Positions 63,227-64,000 of a stretch of DNA of 64,000 nucleotides are shown here, in pieces (positions within the stretch are counted from its first letter, which is position 1; every line of letters begins with the position of its first letter). The translations under genes were made by a program, and so were the position numbers. The notes under the pieces are model-generated. The model saw nothing but the letters and a program-made list of their open reading frames with translations. It ran no database searches and was not told the DNA's origin. This DNA comes from an uncultured candidate division Zixibacteria bacterium (GTDB taxonomy: Bacteria; Zixibacteria; MSB-5A5; UBA10806): contig CAWDFP010000011.1 of NCBI GenBank assembly GCA_963801605.1, positions 166,907 to 230,906 of the forward strand, given 5' to 3'.

Positions 63227-64000
63227 AAATGACGATCAGGGAACACGAGATTCATTTAATAAATACATTCCGAACGACTCATGGGGCCACAGATATTAAA
63301 AAGCCATTGATTGTCGATATTGATGGCGGTTTGGGCGAGGCGGCGTATGTCAATTATTATGGCGAAAGCTATGAAACCGTAAAAGCCTTTATTGAAAAAG
63401 CGAAGAATGTTATCGGCGACGATCCCTTTCAACTCGAAGAATTGGGGAAGAAGCTCGACGGTATCGCTGCCTGGAATTACAGCGCCAAGGCCGCCATCGA
63501 TATGGCCATGCATGATAAAGCCTGCAAAACTCTGGGAATTCCGCTCTACAAATATTTCGGTATTACGCCCAGGGAGGATATGGAGACATCGTTTACGATA
63601 TCTATTTCTAATCCGGATGATATGAAACGGCAAACCGAGGAATCCCCGGGATACCATGTTTATAAAGTCAAGGTTGGTGTGCCCGGCGATATCGAAATGG
63701 TAGCGGCGGTCAGGGAGGCTACATCGGCCAGGATAAGAGTTGACGCCAACGAAGGCTGGACTCTCAAAGAAGCGATGACGCGGATTAAAGAACTCGAAAA
63801 ACTCGATGTGGAATTTATCGAACAGCCTCTGCACCGTGATGATTTTGAGGGTTTCCGCATTCTTCGCCGAAACGTAGATATGCCCCTTTTCGCCGATGAG
63901 GGAATATTCCGAGCAGGGGATATCCCCAAGTACGTAGGTTTGGTTGATGGCATCAATATTAAGCTCTGCAAATCGGGCGGATTGCGGGAAGCTTTTAAGA
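63223..64000 (+). CDS. Dipeptide (L-Ala-D/L-Glu) epimerase, enolase superfamily (runs off the window edge)
   Basis: Not in the ORF track; read manually from ATG 63223: AAIDMAMHD, YKVKVG, RVDANEGW, FIEQP, FADE, NIKLCKSGG. Confidence 0.9.
   Translation, partial: MKMTIREHEIHLINTFRTTHGATDIKKPLIVDIDGGLGEAAYVNYYGESYETVKAFIEKAKNVIGDDPFQLEELGKKLDGIAAWNYSAKAAIDMAMHDKACKTLGIPLYKYFGITPREDMETSFTISISNPDDMKRQTEESPGYHVYKVKVGVPGDIEMVAAVREATSARIRVDANEGWTLKEAMTRIKELEKLDVEFIEQPLHRDDFEGFRILRRNVDMPLFADEGIFRAGDIPKYVGLVDGINIKLCKSGGLREAFK

Overview
A 64-kb bacterial chromosomal segment from a Gram-negative organism. The dockerin-like GDANNSHSFNGLDVTY..YFKGG repeat and the TonB-receptor/PorV locus suggest candidate division Zixibacteria or a related FCB-type lineage; this is inference. 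In order, the window holds: (1) an extended arsenic-resistance operon (acr3-arsR-arsC, a Cys-rich secreted protein, a MacB-type permease); (2) two ICMT/PEMT-family methyltransferases; (3) kdpFABCDE; (4) a NarL-type two-component system with amtB and a putative outer-membrane barrel; (5) assorted single genes; (6) a secreted cluster of two tail-fibre-like proteins with autocleaving chaperone domains, a C10 cysteine protease and a dockerin-like protein; (7) an unexplained two-gene unit (a YkgJ/CxxCxxCC-GNAT fusion plus an 890-aa protein with two C-terminal TM helices); (8) cstA, doxX and amino-acid catabolism genes (class 3 asparaginase, tnaA); (9) a split transketolase flanked by REP-like palindromes; (10) DUF1015-serA-serC behind a Rex/CRP-like box; (11) a TonB receptor-FN3/CTD protein-PorV-two-lipoprotein locus; (12) a translationally coupled peptidoglycan stem-peptide degradation operon (dacB-lysA-alr-NlpC/P60-C39-ldcA-dipeptide epimerase). 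Many otherwise intact genes carry single-base indels that look like long-read consensus errors. I recognised no rRNA, tRNA, CRISPR array or transposase.
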